This document shows positions 25,576 through 38,779 of a stretch of DNA of 64,000 nucleotides, piece by piece. The DNA lies in assembly GCF_036321535.1 (NCBI RefSeq), contig NC_087437.1, forward strand, positions 44,332,001 through 44,396,000. Reading direction: 5' to 3'. Source of the stretch: Camelus dromedarius (Eukaryota). The stretch's first letter is position 1; every line of letters starts with the position of its first letter. The notes below the pieces were generated by a model. That model was not told the origin of the DNA. It worked only from the letters and a program-made list of their open reading frames with translations, and did not search any database. The position numbers and the translations under genes are program-made.

Positions 25576-26158
25576 TGTTAGAGTTGGTCAACATGTTTTG
25601 GGAGAATAGGTTCTTGTCTCAAGCAGGAAAATCCAAGAGTGAGCCATAGGAAAGTTAAAGTAGATTTCTTCAGGGAGGTACACACTCCATATTCAGAGTG
25701 TGGGCCATCTCACAAGTCAAGAGAGGCCTTAGGAGATACATGTTCCTTAGACAGAACGTGGGCCATCTCAGAGGTGAGAGAGGCAGTCCCAGAGCATGAG
25801 GTCATCTCAGATAGTGAGATCGGCCATGAGGTGTGGGGTGGTTAATTTTTATGGGCTGGGTAATTTCATATGCTAGGGATTATTCCAGCTATTTTGGGGA
25901 AGGGGCAGGGATTTCCAGGAATTGGGCTACTGCCCACTTTTTGGCCTTTTATATCCAGCCTCAGAACTGTCGGCACTGGTGGGTGTGTCATTTAGCATGC
26001 AAATATATTACAGTGAACATAAAATGAGGCTCAAGGTCCACTGAAAGTCAAACCCTCTGCCATCTTTGGCTGAGTTGTTTCTAACCAGTCCATGCTGTAT
26101 CTTCATTTACTGTGTCATTCTTTTAATGGTTGTGCCCTGCCCCTGCCCTCCTGTCTAA
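25576..26158 (-). mobile_element. ERV1 LTR, MER41-like (cetartiodactyl type)
   Basis: Starts tgttagagttggtcaacatgttttgggagaataggttcttgtc; contains ggggcagggatttccaggaattggg and ctgccatctt; ends ccctcctgtct(a)a, consistent with the reverse of the TGAGACAGG terminus. Confidence 0.75.
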
Positions 26159-28629
26159 GTCACTCTGCTTATATACTAATTTGTCTTTGGTTCTTTAACC
26201 TTGGACTCTAACAGAGAATGGACATGTATGCAACTTTCTGATTAAACATTCAAGCTGACCTTACTGCTGTCCCTGGTTACGTCTTGGCCTACGAACTACG
26301 GAGTAAGAAGGTTCATAACCTGAGCTTCGGGCAAGCTGATAGATAGGGAGAAAATCAGGAACTTAATCTTGGCAACCTGTTCTGGACAGGGAAGAAACAA
26401 CACTTTGATTAGAGGACTCTGGTGGTTGCAGCTGTACCTACGGAAAATACATCTTGGTTCAGAAAGCTGAGGGACACCTTTTATGAGACTGGGTGGAAAC
26501 AGTTGTTGCTCCGTGCAGGGTCTATGTGGTTCCAACATCTAATGAAAATTCAAACCTACATTTTCATCAACATCCCAATTTTGCCTATTGTTTGTATCTT
26601 GTATTTAATGACTTGAGAACCCACCCCATGCTGGGCTTGGACCACAGAGCCTTGAGGCGGGACAAGCCCAGATGCAGGGTTGGCTTTCCCGGGCTTGCCC
26701 TCCAGCCACAGTTTCATATGACTTTTCATCTTAACTGGAAAGTAATCTTCTCCTCACTCTTTTTCAGAATAGGGGCCAGTATTTGGAAAAGACTCTCAGC
26801 CTAGAAAATAGGACAAGCCCCTACTACTATTCACTGGTTTCATTCTCCTGTCTGTGATTTCTGCATTTCTTTCTTTCCTTATTACTACAATGGTGATACG
26901 TTGCAGTAGTTGAAAGGAAATAAGAATAAAAAATAATGATGCTGTCTTGAATTGGTAGTTGATTAAACTCAGCTTTGTATTGTTAGAGGAGTTAGTGAAG
27001 AGGCAGAACACACCTTGTGAATCCACTTTTACAAAAGACTTTTTGTCATGTATGACTGTGCTGATACAAACTTGTGTTCATGATTGCCTCAGGACAGAAA
27101 CATGCCCATTCTGCACCCTCGTTGATTGCCACTTGGTCACTGCAATCAAAAGTGACAAGGATATGTGATGGGTTGATTTATGCAGTGGAAAATCATTGTA
27201 TGGATACTGGATGAGATTCCTGGATTTCACTTGGCTGTGAACCAAGCATGGCTTTTTATGCCGAGGTCTTAGCTTTCTTTTAAATGCTATTGAAAGTTGT
27301 GGTGAGACATCAAATATGAAATAGCAGCAAATTTTGTTTAGAAGGCTTCAAGAAGAAAGCTAGTTGGCATATTATTAGACAAAAAAATATAGAAATGAAA
27401 AAGCTTTGCACATCACTCCTTGAGAACTGTTGGAAATTGTAATCTAGTAATACCTGGCTTTAAGTTGGGAGTCTCCTGTTCAGTTTGGCCTGCTTCCCTC
27501 TGGGGTCTAGCATTTGGCACAAGGAGCTTTCTCTTTATTATTTTCCTCCATGACCCTGCCCCCCTCCCCTTTTTGTAATACTCAAGTAGAGAAAAATTTA
27601 TATGGGATATTTTTAAAAATGACTTTTTAAGTATTTAAAGTAGGAAGGACAAAAATCATGTGGAGAAGCCCTTAAACTAGGAGAAGAACCTGGAATATGA
27701 ACGTATTTGTTGATTATAAGATGCTAGGACTTCTGAACGTTGCCCATGACTAATGCAGTTCAGGACTGGTGTGCATGCTTATGGATGTCGATGCTAGCAG
27801 ATATTAGGGCAGTGGTCCCAGTCATGATTTCTGTCATGAAACCTTTTCAGGTTCCCAGGGCTTGGCACAGTGCCTGTGCACAAACTGTTGGGTGATCTGC
27901 CCCAGTAATGAGAGTTCTTGACATTGATCCTGATAACACTGTTGTTCCTTGTTGCTTGTAGAAACATGCCCAATTTCCTGAGCGTGGCTTCAGAGCATGA
28001 CCTGGCTCCTTTTTCTATTTCTGACTTTCTATTTCTACCATGGCCTTCAGCTGGGCTACCTGCTGTTGTCCAGATGCACCCTACTTTTTACTGTCCCTGT
28101 GTCCTTGGCTGAAGCAGCTGCCTCTGCCTCAGATGCCCTTGTCTGCATGTCTGGTCAAGCATTTCCTCTGAATTCTTTCCAACCCTTACCAGTTTTCTGT
28201 CAAACTGCATTGAACATACTGAATCTTGTGCTCTGACATTATGTAGTACTGAACACTTAAACATTCTTGGTTATTGGTTATGTTTTCTTCTACCAAATTG
28301 TAAGTTTCTTAAGAGTAAAGACTATATATTACACATTTTTTGTTTGTTGGTTTTTTGTCTAATGGTGTGATCTTTTTTCTGATAAAAGGGTATTATTTTC
28401 CAGTGAAGGTAAGTGAAAAGAACATGAGAGTAACCACCAAAGTTACTCTCTAAATCAGATTTCAGAATCTATGTTGTTTTTGCCCATCCCTTTCTGTACT
28501 GTGTTTGTGTCTGTGTGTTTAAGTGAAAAAATCTAACTCAGTTCCATGCAGTTTAAACATGTAATAGACATTTCTCTGTGTGTGGGTCTCTGCTGAATTC
28601 AGTGAAAAGTATTGAAATGATTAGGGCAT

Positions 28630-29100
28630 AGTTAAACCTTACAGTCCATGAGTTGATTCTGTCTTTAGCTTCAAGTAACAGAGAATCCAGTTAACAGTGG
28701 CTCAGGCAAACAAAACAAGGTGTTTGGAGCCAGGTGGTTGCTGTTGTTGGTTCAGCTGCTCAGTGATGACATCAGGGGCCCAAGCACATTGTCGCATGCT
28801 GTTTGCCAACCTCGACATCTTAACTTTTTTTGCCCTTACGCTTTCCACCTCACGGTCACAGGAAAGTCCTGTGTACCTAGGCATCTGTGCAGGGATAGTG
28901 AGGAACGGCAGCACCAGCTGCATCGATCACTTTTGTCAGGGAGAGGAACGTTTTCCCAGAATCCCTCAGCAAGGCTTCACATTGGCCAGATTTCTGTCCC
29001 ATGACCTTTCCTAGCTGCAGGACAGGCTTTTTTTTAGCCTCTTTTGGGAATGGGGCAAGAAAGAAAAGGAGGGGAAAAATGAGTTAACCAAGAATGTGTG
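28630..29100 (-). mobile_element. Old MaLR LTR (MLT1J/K/L-like)
   Basis: tttagcttcaagtaacagagaatccagttaacagtggct...tttcccagaatccctcagca...cattggccaga...ctagctgcag. Confidence 0.75.
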
Positions 29101-29462
29101 CTACTTATTAGGAGGAGATTAAGACAGATGTTTAGATGATTATCACACAGCTAGAATAAGAGTGTGTGTCATATGACACATCCAGACAGAATGGTATGGA
29201 GGTTCTGAGAATGAAGAGGTTACAGCTGACTGGGGAGAGGGTTGTGTACAGGAGAAGATTTATGAAATGCTACTGTCTGATACAGAATTTAAAATTGGAT
29301 AAAACTTCAACATCAGAGGTTGTAATAGGCAGTATGTTGAAGTAGAGGGAGAAGCTGTGCAACTTTGTATTTAGACATCACTCAGCTTAGAGGCCAGTCC
29401 TCAGCTTGCAGATTTGGGTTTAGTGCGTCAATGAGATAATGAGAAGTAGTAGTTTGTACAGG

Positions 29463-29663
29463 GTGGCACCGTCCAGTAGAAGTCTCAGTGGTGGGGAAAA
29501 TGTTCTGTCTGGGCTGTACCACGTGATAGCCACCGGCCACATGTGGCCATTGAACATTGAAATGTGCTGTTGTGACTGAAGAACTGAATTTTTAATTCTA
29601 TTCAATTTCAGTTGAAGTTTGAATAGCCACGTGTGGTCAGTAGTTACCCTACTGGGACAACTG
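29463..29663. mobile_element. MER3 (hAT-Charlie) non-autonomous DNA transposon
   Basis: gtccagtagaa...ggaaaatgttct...tagccaccggccacatgtggccattgaaca...gaactgaatttttaatt...aatagccacgtgtggtcagtag. Confidence 0.85.
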
Positions 29664-30625
29664 TTACAGGTTAGAGCACTGTGGGTCATTGTAAATTGAA
29701 TTTGATTTTTACTCGGAGAATGTGGGAGAAAACATCGGGGAGTATTGAGCAAAGGAGCGACATAATCCAAACTGTGTTTTGACAGGACTACTCTGCTGCT
29801 TTGTTGAAAATAGTGCAAAGTAGAGGAGGGTAGGAAGGCTCTTGGCTCTAGCCCAGGTGGTAGGTGGTGGGGGCTTGTACTGTTATGGCGTCAGTGGAAG
29901 TGGTCTGAGGAGGCTGGGTCCTGCATATACTTTGAAAGTCAAATCAATAGAATTTTCGGAGGGATTTGATGTGGGATGTGAGAGAAAAAAAGTAATAGAG
30001 AAGAATTGTATGTTTGTTAGTCAAAGTGGCAGGAAGAATGGAAAATTTCCTAACTGAAATGAGGACAACCAAAGGGAGCACAGACTTTGCAGAAGAGCAG
30101 AAGCTTGAATTTGGAACCTGGTGAGCTTGAGATACCTTTTAGATATGGGAGAACATATGTTGAATGTATAATTCAACGAGTCTAGTTTGGAGATTAAAGT
30201 TTTAGAGTTGTTTGAATGTTAGTGGCACTTAAAATCATGAGACTAGCTGGCTGAGAATGCTAAACAGGTTGAAGAGAGATGATAGGTATGGACCGAGCTT
30301 TGAGGCACTGCAACAGTGTTGATGAGGCAGAACCAGCCACAGAGACCTGGAAGGAGCTGCTAGTGAGGTAGTGAGGTAAGAGGAAAACCAGGATAGTGGG
30401 AGTTTTGGAGGTCAAAGAGGGTGAAGTGTTAAACTGTGTCAAAATGCTATGCATAAGGAAAAGAGGTCTGGTGATGGACTACTGGATGTAGCAGTATGGG
30501 GTGTGTGTATGGGATGTGAGAGTTATTGATGATTACAACAAGAGTAATTTCTGGGGAGTAGGGGTGACAAAAGCCTGACAAGAGTAGATGTAGCAGAGAC
30601 TAGAAAGGAGGAATTGGAGATAGGC
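29664..30625 (-). mobile_element. L2 LINE, about 1 kb antisense segment
   Basis: ttttgacaggactactctgctgctttgttgaaaatag, ggatttgatgtgggatgtgagagaaaa, aactgtgtcaaaatgct. Confidence 0.8.
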
Positions 30626-33109
30626 TAGATAAAGACGTGATTGATTTAAGGAAAAAAGATGTTATAATAAATTCTGATTATGCAGGATATAGGCTTAATT
30701 TGATAACGCTAAAGGAAGAAAAGTGCATTTTAAAGCAGACATAATTCCTTTTATTGGTTCTTGGATCAGCTGAGCTGTTTCACTCACTGCACACAGTATT
30801 GGCAGTTTCACTGATTTAGAGCTGTCTTGTTAAGTTTATCAGCCTATCAAACTGGCATTTCAAAGGTAACTGGATAATTCCATTTTTTAAAGATACGATA
30901 AAGGAAATGATAAAGGAAAATATTTTCCTTTCAAATGAAGAATTTTAACTTATTTTCTGAGAAGAGGTAAATAATATATCCTGATGGGGAGCTTTATTGC
31001 AATTAAATAAAAACTACTTTTCCCTCAGCTGTTAAGCAGAGCAATTCATCAAGCAAAATGTGTTTAATACATAAATTCATGAAATTTTCTAAATTCTACA
31101 GATAAAAATATAAATGTTTGCAACTGAAATCTCATAGATGGTCTAGACTTCTCAAAATTGAAAGAGATTAAATAATTTCCCCAAGGACATTCAACTTGTT
31201 CAGGGAACACTTTTTTTTTCTTTCTCTTAGTGAGCATCCCAAAAATTGAATGTGAGTTGTGGATCTTGTTAAGATATTGTGGCTAAATGTTCTGAACATA
31301 TGAGGTAGACAAGTCTTCACTTAACCTAGATCCAAGGAAAGAAGTAACAGCACACTTTCTTGAAATTACTGAAAGCAGCCTGAGGAATTCTGGGGCCATC
31401 ACTTTTACCTTGGTCTTCCGTAAAGGAAATTTCCAGAAATGTTGGTCTGTTGACCATTGCTGGAACACTTTCTTACCCACATTGTGTACATAAAACTGCT
31501 CACCTTGTGAACACATTACTGGGCTTCATGGTATGTCATTCAGGAAAGGTAAATATACATAATTTCTCTTTCACTTCATCACCCTCCTCCCCTTCCCAAA
31601 CAAAAATCACTTTGGTTGAGGTCATAGATTGTGTCCCAGGCAATCTAAATGGTATCTTGAATGAGTGAGAACTCTGGGAGCTTGTCCTTTTTCTGTAAAA
31701 TATAAACTGTGCTAATTTCCAAATATTCCTGAACTTGACATAGTGAATTCATGAATAATAGAAAGGTTTACTTTCAGGACTTACATGGGACAGCTGTAGA
31801 CATTATAAGCTATGTTTGCTTGTTCCATGGGATGACTCCTGCGGTTGTGCCAAGGACAGGCCTGTTGCTACTGTGTTGTTGACCATGGTATTAATAGAAA
31901 GTGAAGAGAAAGAAAGATTTGCATTTCTTTCAGTTAGGCTATATTCTTAACTGGACTTTTTAGTGACTCTTATCTGAAAATAATACTAATAATATTAAGT
32001 ACTGTTTACCTTGTTACACTTATGCTGATTACACTCACTCAAATTCAGTAATTTGAGCTATCATCATGTAAAACTTTTTATACTATATTTATACTCTAAA
32101 ATAAATATTATGAAGGATATGCAACATAAAAAGATGGAAATAAAAGCAAAATATTAATAATAAAAGTTGTAAGGTATAATTATAAGTCATCAGTTTAATT
32201 CTTTATACTTTGTGTTTTCCTTTTTTAAGCAGTAAGTTTATATTTGTAATCACCAAGGACATGAATAGAATAGATTTTCTGTGGGTGTCTGTGTCTATGA
32301 TTGTAATCATCCCCCTGCTGGGTAATACAGACGGTTGTCAGGATTTACTCTCTTGAATGATAACCTTATATTATTTTTGGAGAACAAAACATAAACACAG
32401 GAATATCTTGGAAAACTATTTAGAAAATTAATATAACTATATTTAAGATACTGTAATTGGAAAGGAAATAACTTGCTAGTATAATTAATTTCAGTCATCC
32501 TTTGAAAAGACAAATATAGGGTGAATTAAAGATTTTCATATATTAAGAGGACAGTTGTCTAATTTTTCAACCTTGAGAATAAAGGAAATAATAGTCGATA
32601 GTTAAAGATCAACTACTTTAAATAATCAGAGGATCGTTTGATTAGTATTATTTCCCCAATTTATCCTTTTCCCCCCTTTTTGTGTTTCTAGTGAGCAATT
32701 CTAAAACCTGCCAAGATTTTCTGTTAGGCTTTTTTCTATATTCTCATCACTGCACAGCAGCTTGGGAAAACATCCTATTGTTTCAGTTCATTTGGAAATT
32801 GAACAGCAGGTATGGGGAATACAAGGAGAAATGCAGTTCAATATCAAGATTTAGATATGAATGAATTTCACAAGAAGAGGTGTGACAGGGCTGACACTTA
32901 TTATTCTGACCTGTTAATTTCTCTTTTTCTTTTTGATACTCATAAGAAGTCTATCTTTCATTTGTAAAATTCATCTTATAAAACTCCATTGAACATCATT
33001 CTGAACATGTCTTTTTATTTTCAGTAGACCCCTAGCTAGAAAGCTCCAGTGCATTCTTTTCACTTTTCATTCTTTTCACTTTTCGATTCTTTATCATTTC
33101 TATAGGTTC

Positions 33110-33265
33110 ATAGAATGTGTTAGAACCAGAAATGACCTTAAATGTCGTAAAATCCAGTGTTTTACTTTTAGAGGATAGAACCAAAGGTCAGGGGCAGATT
33201 AAATAATTTGCTTAGGATCAAACAACTAGTTGACATCACCTTTAGGCACATAATGCAAGTTGTTA
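33110..33265 (-). mobile_element. MIR/MIR3 fragment
   Basis: tcatagaatgtgttagaaccagaaatgacctta...attaaataatttgcttaggatcaaacaactagt. Confidence 0.6.
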
Positions 33266-36200
33266 ATTCCTCAGTTGATGACCTATCTGGCATCTGGCTA
33301 GTGGCCTTCTGGGTGTTTCCGGAGAGTTCTGTGCAGTGAAGTTTGGCTATGTGCACACACATGTTGGCAGTGAATGTGTCTTGGGTATGTGTGCATGGTT
33401 TGTCTACAATTGCAGTTTACCTCTGTCTTGATTTGGTTTCTTTTTCCTCATAACTTGTAATATATGCCCAAGTGTTATTTGACACATGCATAAAGAAACT
33501 AGGACTCCTTGGAGAATTAGTTTAGACAAATAGCTTCAGGGTTACTTGTAGCCAGAGTTTAACCTGTACTTGCCACTTTTTCCCTCCCAACTGCTGAGTT
33601 ATTTGCACACGCATTTCCATGGCTTCTCCTGGAAGTGATGACACTAGTCTACCTAAGCCATGCATTTAGCTCACTTTGAGTGCCGTTGACATCCCAGCTG
33701 CTTTTTGGTTCTCTTTCGTGACTGTTTTATAGGTCAGAAATGTATGAGAGCTGTCATGCGTTGATCCTATGTATTTGGTATTTTGCATATGTTATTTTTA
33801 ATACTCAAACAACCCTGACACCTACATATCATTTTCCCCAATTAACATTAGAAGATGGGTTGAGTCAAAAGTATAGTGGAGTACAAATGCACTGTCCATT
33901 TCAAGAATTAATAAGTTGTCCTGAAGACTTTCGATGGGGTGGAGTGTTAAATATGGGAGATAAAGTACAGTACTGAAATACTGGGTAAGGAATAACTTAA
34001 ATTTCATAGTACACATCACTGCTCTTAAACACCTCACCACCTCCACCCAAAGTGAGACCATGACTTTCTGTCTACCCTCTTGGTCTGGGCCTATAGCCAT
34101 ATTCCTGGTTTTTTGGAATATTATTTAAATTCAACATCATCTATACAGAAAAAGGCAATTTAACTAAGTGCCAATTCCTAAAGATGGCTTACCCTAAGAA
34201 ATTCTAGTCAGAATTGGCCTTCAGAAGACAGAGAAACTGAACTCAATAAATCTTTAAATATGCCTTTTGTCACTGACCCATATCTCTATTCTAATCTATA
34301 CTTTAATTTTCCCTGCTAGACTGATTCCAAGATAACTGGCCAAAAATGCATATAAAATTTCATCAGAACAATAAAGCAGATATCAGTTTAACAAAAGGAA
34401 TGATTATATAGGCTTGAACATATAGTTCAAGCCCTGAGACAACCTCATAGAGTAAGAAGATGATATTCTGCATTAACCGATGATTGTTTTGCCCTTTTTG
34501 TTTTCTTTTCACATAATTGGGATAGAATTATTTCCTTATGTTGTCTGTAGCTCTTTATTTACCATATGAATGGCTCCTGTCCTATTACTAATACCAATAA
34601 TCACTTTTCTTCAACAAGTAGTATCCTTAGCAGTTTAAACTCCTGTGATTACAATCTCCATAAATGTTCTAGAAAGCTGTGTTCCCCATTGGGAGGAATG
34701 AGTTAATTCTCAGTTAATGAGAAAAATTCTAATAGAGTATCATCATTACCTGTGAGAGATTTGTTTCAAAATCATTTAACTTACTTGCCAAGAAAATTGA
34801 TAATTCATTGTGCTGGGAAGATGAATGAGGGAGTATATTTCTTTTTACAGTAGTGGGAAAATTCTTGAATTTCCTTGGTAATATCCCTAGGCTCCTCTCA
34901 AAAAAAGATATGCACACCAGCACACATAAACGCAGATTTGTACAGTAAGCACAAGTAAATAACCAAAACTACGAGCCTTATAGTTGGAGTTTTTCAGGCA
35001 CATGATAACTTTTAATAAATGGTCACCATTTTAGCTAAATAAAGTGATTAAAAATTGCTGGTGAAAACATCAGTAAAAAAGAAAGATACAGATAGCAAAT
35101 TCAGCTGGGAACAAGAGGCCCACAGCGATAAAGTCTGGAACCTGGAGATGTTAATCTCTTAGAGCAGATAACTCTGGGAAGGTCCTATGAACAGTAACTG
35201 GAGGATAGAGCTAATACCAGGGGAAGGTGTATGTCTTCATAAGAAATTTGGGGTCAAGAAAATAAGGAGAAGTTTCTATAATGAATACCAGAGAAGTTTG
35301 GCAGTTGGTCTGAGAACACAATTTTAGGAAGCAGACAGAAATTCAATCCTGGGGAAAAATGTGAAGAAGGAGGAAGGTCTGAGAAGCTCATTCTAGCAGA
35401 TGCTGAAAACTACTTGCAGATCCAATGTTCAAGCGTTGTGGGGAGAAGGAATGAGAGGACTGAGCAAAAACCAGTCTCCGCAAAGCACATCTTCTAGGTT
35501 GGTAACCAGTGCGAACCAACTCCTCGGAGTGAGCAGAGGGAAGATAAGGTGAGGGGGAGACAGTCTGAGGGGCCAGAGCTCCTGGATGCTGAAGGGGCTT
35601 AAATAAGGCTGTTTTAGTTCAAGAGAAAAGGGAGGCTGAAAAAAACCCAAACAAAAAGCTGAGGCAGTGTAGACATCAGGGTGTGAGGCTGGGAGTTTGA
35701 GCCGACCTAAGGGAGGCAGGCTACTCTGAGGCAGCTATTAGCCTTGCGTGGATGTGGTGGGTGAGTGTGTCAGCTTACACTGGCATTGAGCAGCCCTCAC
35801 AAGACGGATAAAGGTTAACCACCCCAGTCCTTTAAACTTCCCCACAAAAGGACACAGGTAGGGTGGCACTGAGGCTGCAGACAGCCAGGGAGTGGTCCTG
35901 GGTGTAGATGAAAGGACTGATAAGGGACTGTAGAGCCAGGCAGGCTGGTGAGAGAGTGAGAGACAACTTCCCCTTTGTATCTGTTTGCTCTTCTTTGAGC
36001 CATTCATTTATTATTGCAGACTTTGTGATGCATATTTTTTATCAGCATTGCCTGAAGAGAAAGTTGTTAATCCAGCTTTTTTTTTTTTTTTTTCCTGATC
36101 TGGAGATGCTAAATCGGATTCTCACAATAAAGAGGCTGTTCTGCAAAAATGACCTCATACTTTAAAATTCGCTACCAATTAAAGGCTTGATTGATGTAGG

Positions 36201-36406
36201 GCAACACTATTTAGCAGATTTGTACTTTCTGAAGTGTCTGGTGTGACTACCAGCTTTGGTAGTTAACAGTTCATAGTGACCTTGTGTTTGCATAAGTCAA
36301 TAAAAATTATGATGTTTGTTTGAAATGATTCATTACATAAGGCTTTGGATTTAAAAATAACTCCAGGAAAGCTAGTAGTTTTTTTTTTTTTTAAAGAAGT
36401 TTATTA

Positions 36407-36540
36407 GAGGGAGGTTATAGCTCAGTGGTAGAGCACGTGCTTAGCATGCATGAGGTCCTAGCTTCAATCCTCAGTACTTCCATTAAAATAAATAAATAAA
36501 CCTAATTACCTCCCCCCCAAATTTTTGAAAAATTAAAAAA
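36407..36540 (+). mobile_element. tRNA-derived SINE, camelid Vic-1 type
   Basis: gagggaggttatagctcagtggtagagcacgtgcttagcatgcatgaggtcctagcttcaatcctcagtacttccattaaaataaataaataaacctaattacctccccccc; same family as 8900-8996. Confidence 0.88.
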
Positions 36541-36759
36541 GCAAATTACATCATTAATGGGAAAAGATAACTGTTCATGTAATAGATTTCTCTCCCTAAA
36601 GCACTAGTTAAGTTTTTGCTCTGGGAACTATAGAATTCACCAAAATTAAACCTTGTAAGATGATAAACTACTAAAGATCGAATTTAGTAGTCTTAAGCTT
36701 GTTTCTTTCTTTCATGTTAAAGACACATATTTCTCATTACACAGTAATATTTTCCTATT

Positions 36760-37300
36760 ATGAAAAATTGAGAATACATAAGTATAGAAAATATATATTT
36801 GTTAGTCTCACCACAATTTGCATATCAATGTTTCCTTTGTACAAGCTTGCGTACTTCAAGGAAAACAGTTGCATCTATTTAATATATTATTTTACTCAGT
36901 TTATTTAACCTAACTTTATATCATTAGATTTTCATAATACATTCATCCTTATTATGTTTTGACTTATTCTTGGTAATTGTTATTCATAATGATTGCATAA
37001 TATACTATAACGTGATATGCCGTAATTTATTTAACCCTTATTATTGTATGTACAAATTATATCCATTTTTCCAACCTTACAAATAATACTTCTATAAAAA
37101 ACCTTGTGCATAAAATACATTTCACATATAGAATTGTGTCTTTGGAGTCCCACAAGTGGGATTAACATGATAAAAGCTTGATCCAATTATTTAATTTCTT
37201 AATAAAAAGTGATACCAAATATCATCTTTCCAAAAGAGTATTTTACCACTTCACTAATTTTGCCCAATTAGAAAATATTTTTCCTTTTTTCTCCAAGTAT
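36760..37300 (-). mobile_element. Ancient L1M-type 3' fragment
   Basis: gattgcataatatactataacgtgatatgccgtaatttatttaacc...cccacaagtgggatta...tttccaaaagagtattttacca. Confidence 0.55.
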
Positions 37301-37407
37301 CTGCTCATGGATAGATACATGGTGATTAAGAAGTACAAACACTGAATCAATTGATGCTCAGAAACACTAACATGGGTGATGGACAGTCACCCAGAGATAA
37401 AGACATA

Positions 37408-37730
37408 CAGTTTCTTGTCTGAAACCTTTGGGGCCAGGAATGCTTTGAATCCAAATGTTTTGAGATTTTTAGATTCTTCTCAGATTTACAGTTATAGTAA
37501 TAAGTACACAACACCCTAGTAGAGTTGTGGGTAGCACAGGCAGTAAAACATATTAATATTTTTGCCACCAAACGTTTAACTCTTGCTGTGAGATAAAAGA
37601 TTCTAAGTGGCCTAATGACAGTAGAGATGAGTTTTTTGTCACTAAATGAATGTGCTGCAAAGTTACAGAAATGATTTTGGTTTTCAGAGCATTTTGGATT
37701 TTGGAAATACTGATAAATAATTATGAACAT
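37408..37730. mobile_element. TcMar-Tigger non-autonomous element (MER46-like)
   Basis: cttgtctgaaacctttggggccagg...ttttgagatttttagatt and terminal ttttcagagcattttggattttggaaatactgataa. Confidence 0.65.
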
Positions 37731-38779
37731 GTGTGGTTTTTGGAAGTTTGCTTTCAGAGCTGTGGTGCATAAATAGGTAAATTATATATGGGATCTAGAT
37801 AAGATTTTTAGGCTTTTTTCCATAAAGAAATAATGGGGGTTTTATTTGTTTCCCTTTGTTATAAATATTTTTTCAAAGATCATATAAATTAAGTATTTTA
37901 AGTGTACATTCTTGTAAGAACTAGAATATTTTTCTCTCTCTGAATTTTTCTATCCAATGAGATATTAAAAGCAAATACAAATTTTACCCTCTAAGAATGA
38001 AGGATATGTTGTCTGAAGTCTCTTTGTGGAAATTAGATTTTCCAAGCAAATACTTTGATTAAATATTTGGATGATATAAACTATCATATTTAGGAAGAAG
38101 ATAGATTTACCCTCAGATTTATTCATTTCCTTGATGATTACTGCTTCTGTTTAAAATGTATCCTTGTTCTGATAATCATAAAACAAAATGTGGATTGGAT
38201 ATTTGTATAATACCTGAAAAAGTGAGTGAGAAAAGTTTACGTTCCTTTCTACTGAGTAATTTGGTGTTGCAGATAGGTTCTTTTTCCCCTCTTTAAATAT
38301 AATACAACTTGATCTTAGGAATATAAAAGTCTTTATCAGATAGGGAGGATGGGGATATATAATCATAAGCCTAAGAAGAGGTGATTCCTGTGTCTCTGCT
38401 GTTCTAATAGAGTTTTTCTATCTACACTATTTGCAAATGCTATGTAGATGGTGAGTCTTGTATCTTCCCTTGGCATCATCTTCTTACATTTTATTTTTCA
38501 TATTCAGAGAGTTTTTCTACCCTAACTCATCCTTTCTGTAATTGAAAGTCATTGCTACTAACTCTATCTTCATTTGAAACAGAGTATACGCTTATCACCA
38601 AATTATATCTGTTCTCATGTTTGAAGATTACATTAGTCTTTCGCTCTCATTTCTTCACAGTAAAAAAAAAAATGTTTAATTATGCATTTCAGATTATTTC
38701 TGCACCATTTTACTTGGGTCAAAAGCAAAATAAAAACCTAATAAAGAGATAACAATTACAGAAATGGTGGAAATTTACC

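Noticed and set aside
33052..33095. 16-bp tandem duplication cattcttttcactttt
   Set aside because: Ordinary local slippage duplication in low-complexity pyrimidine sequence.
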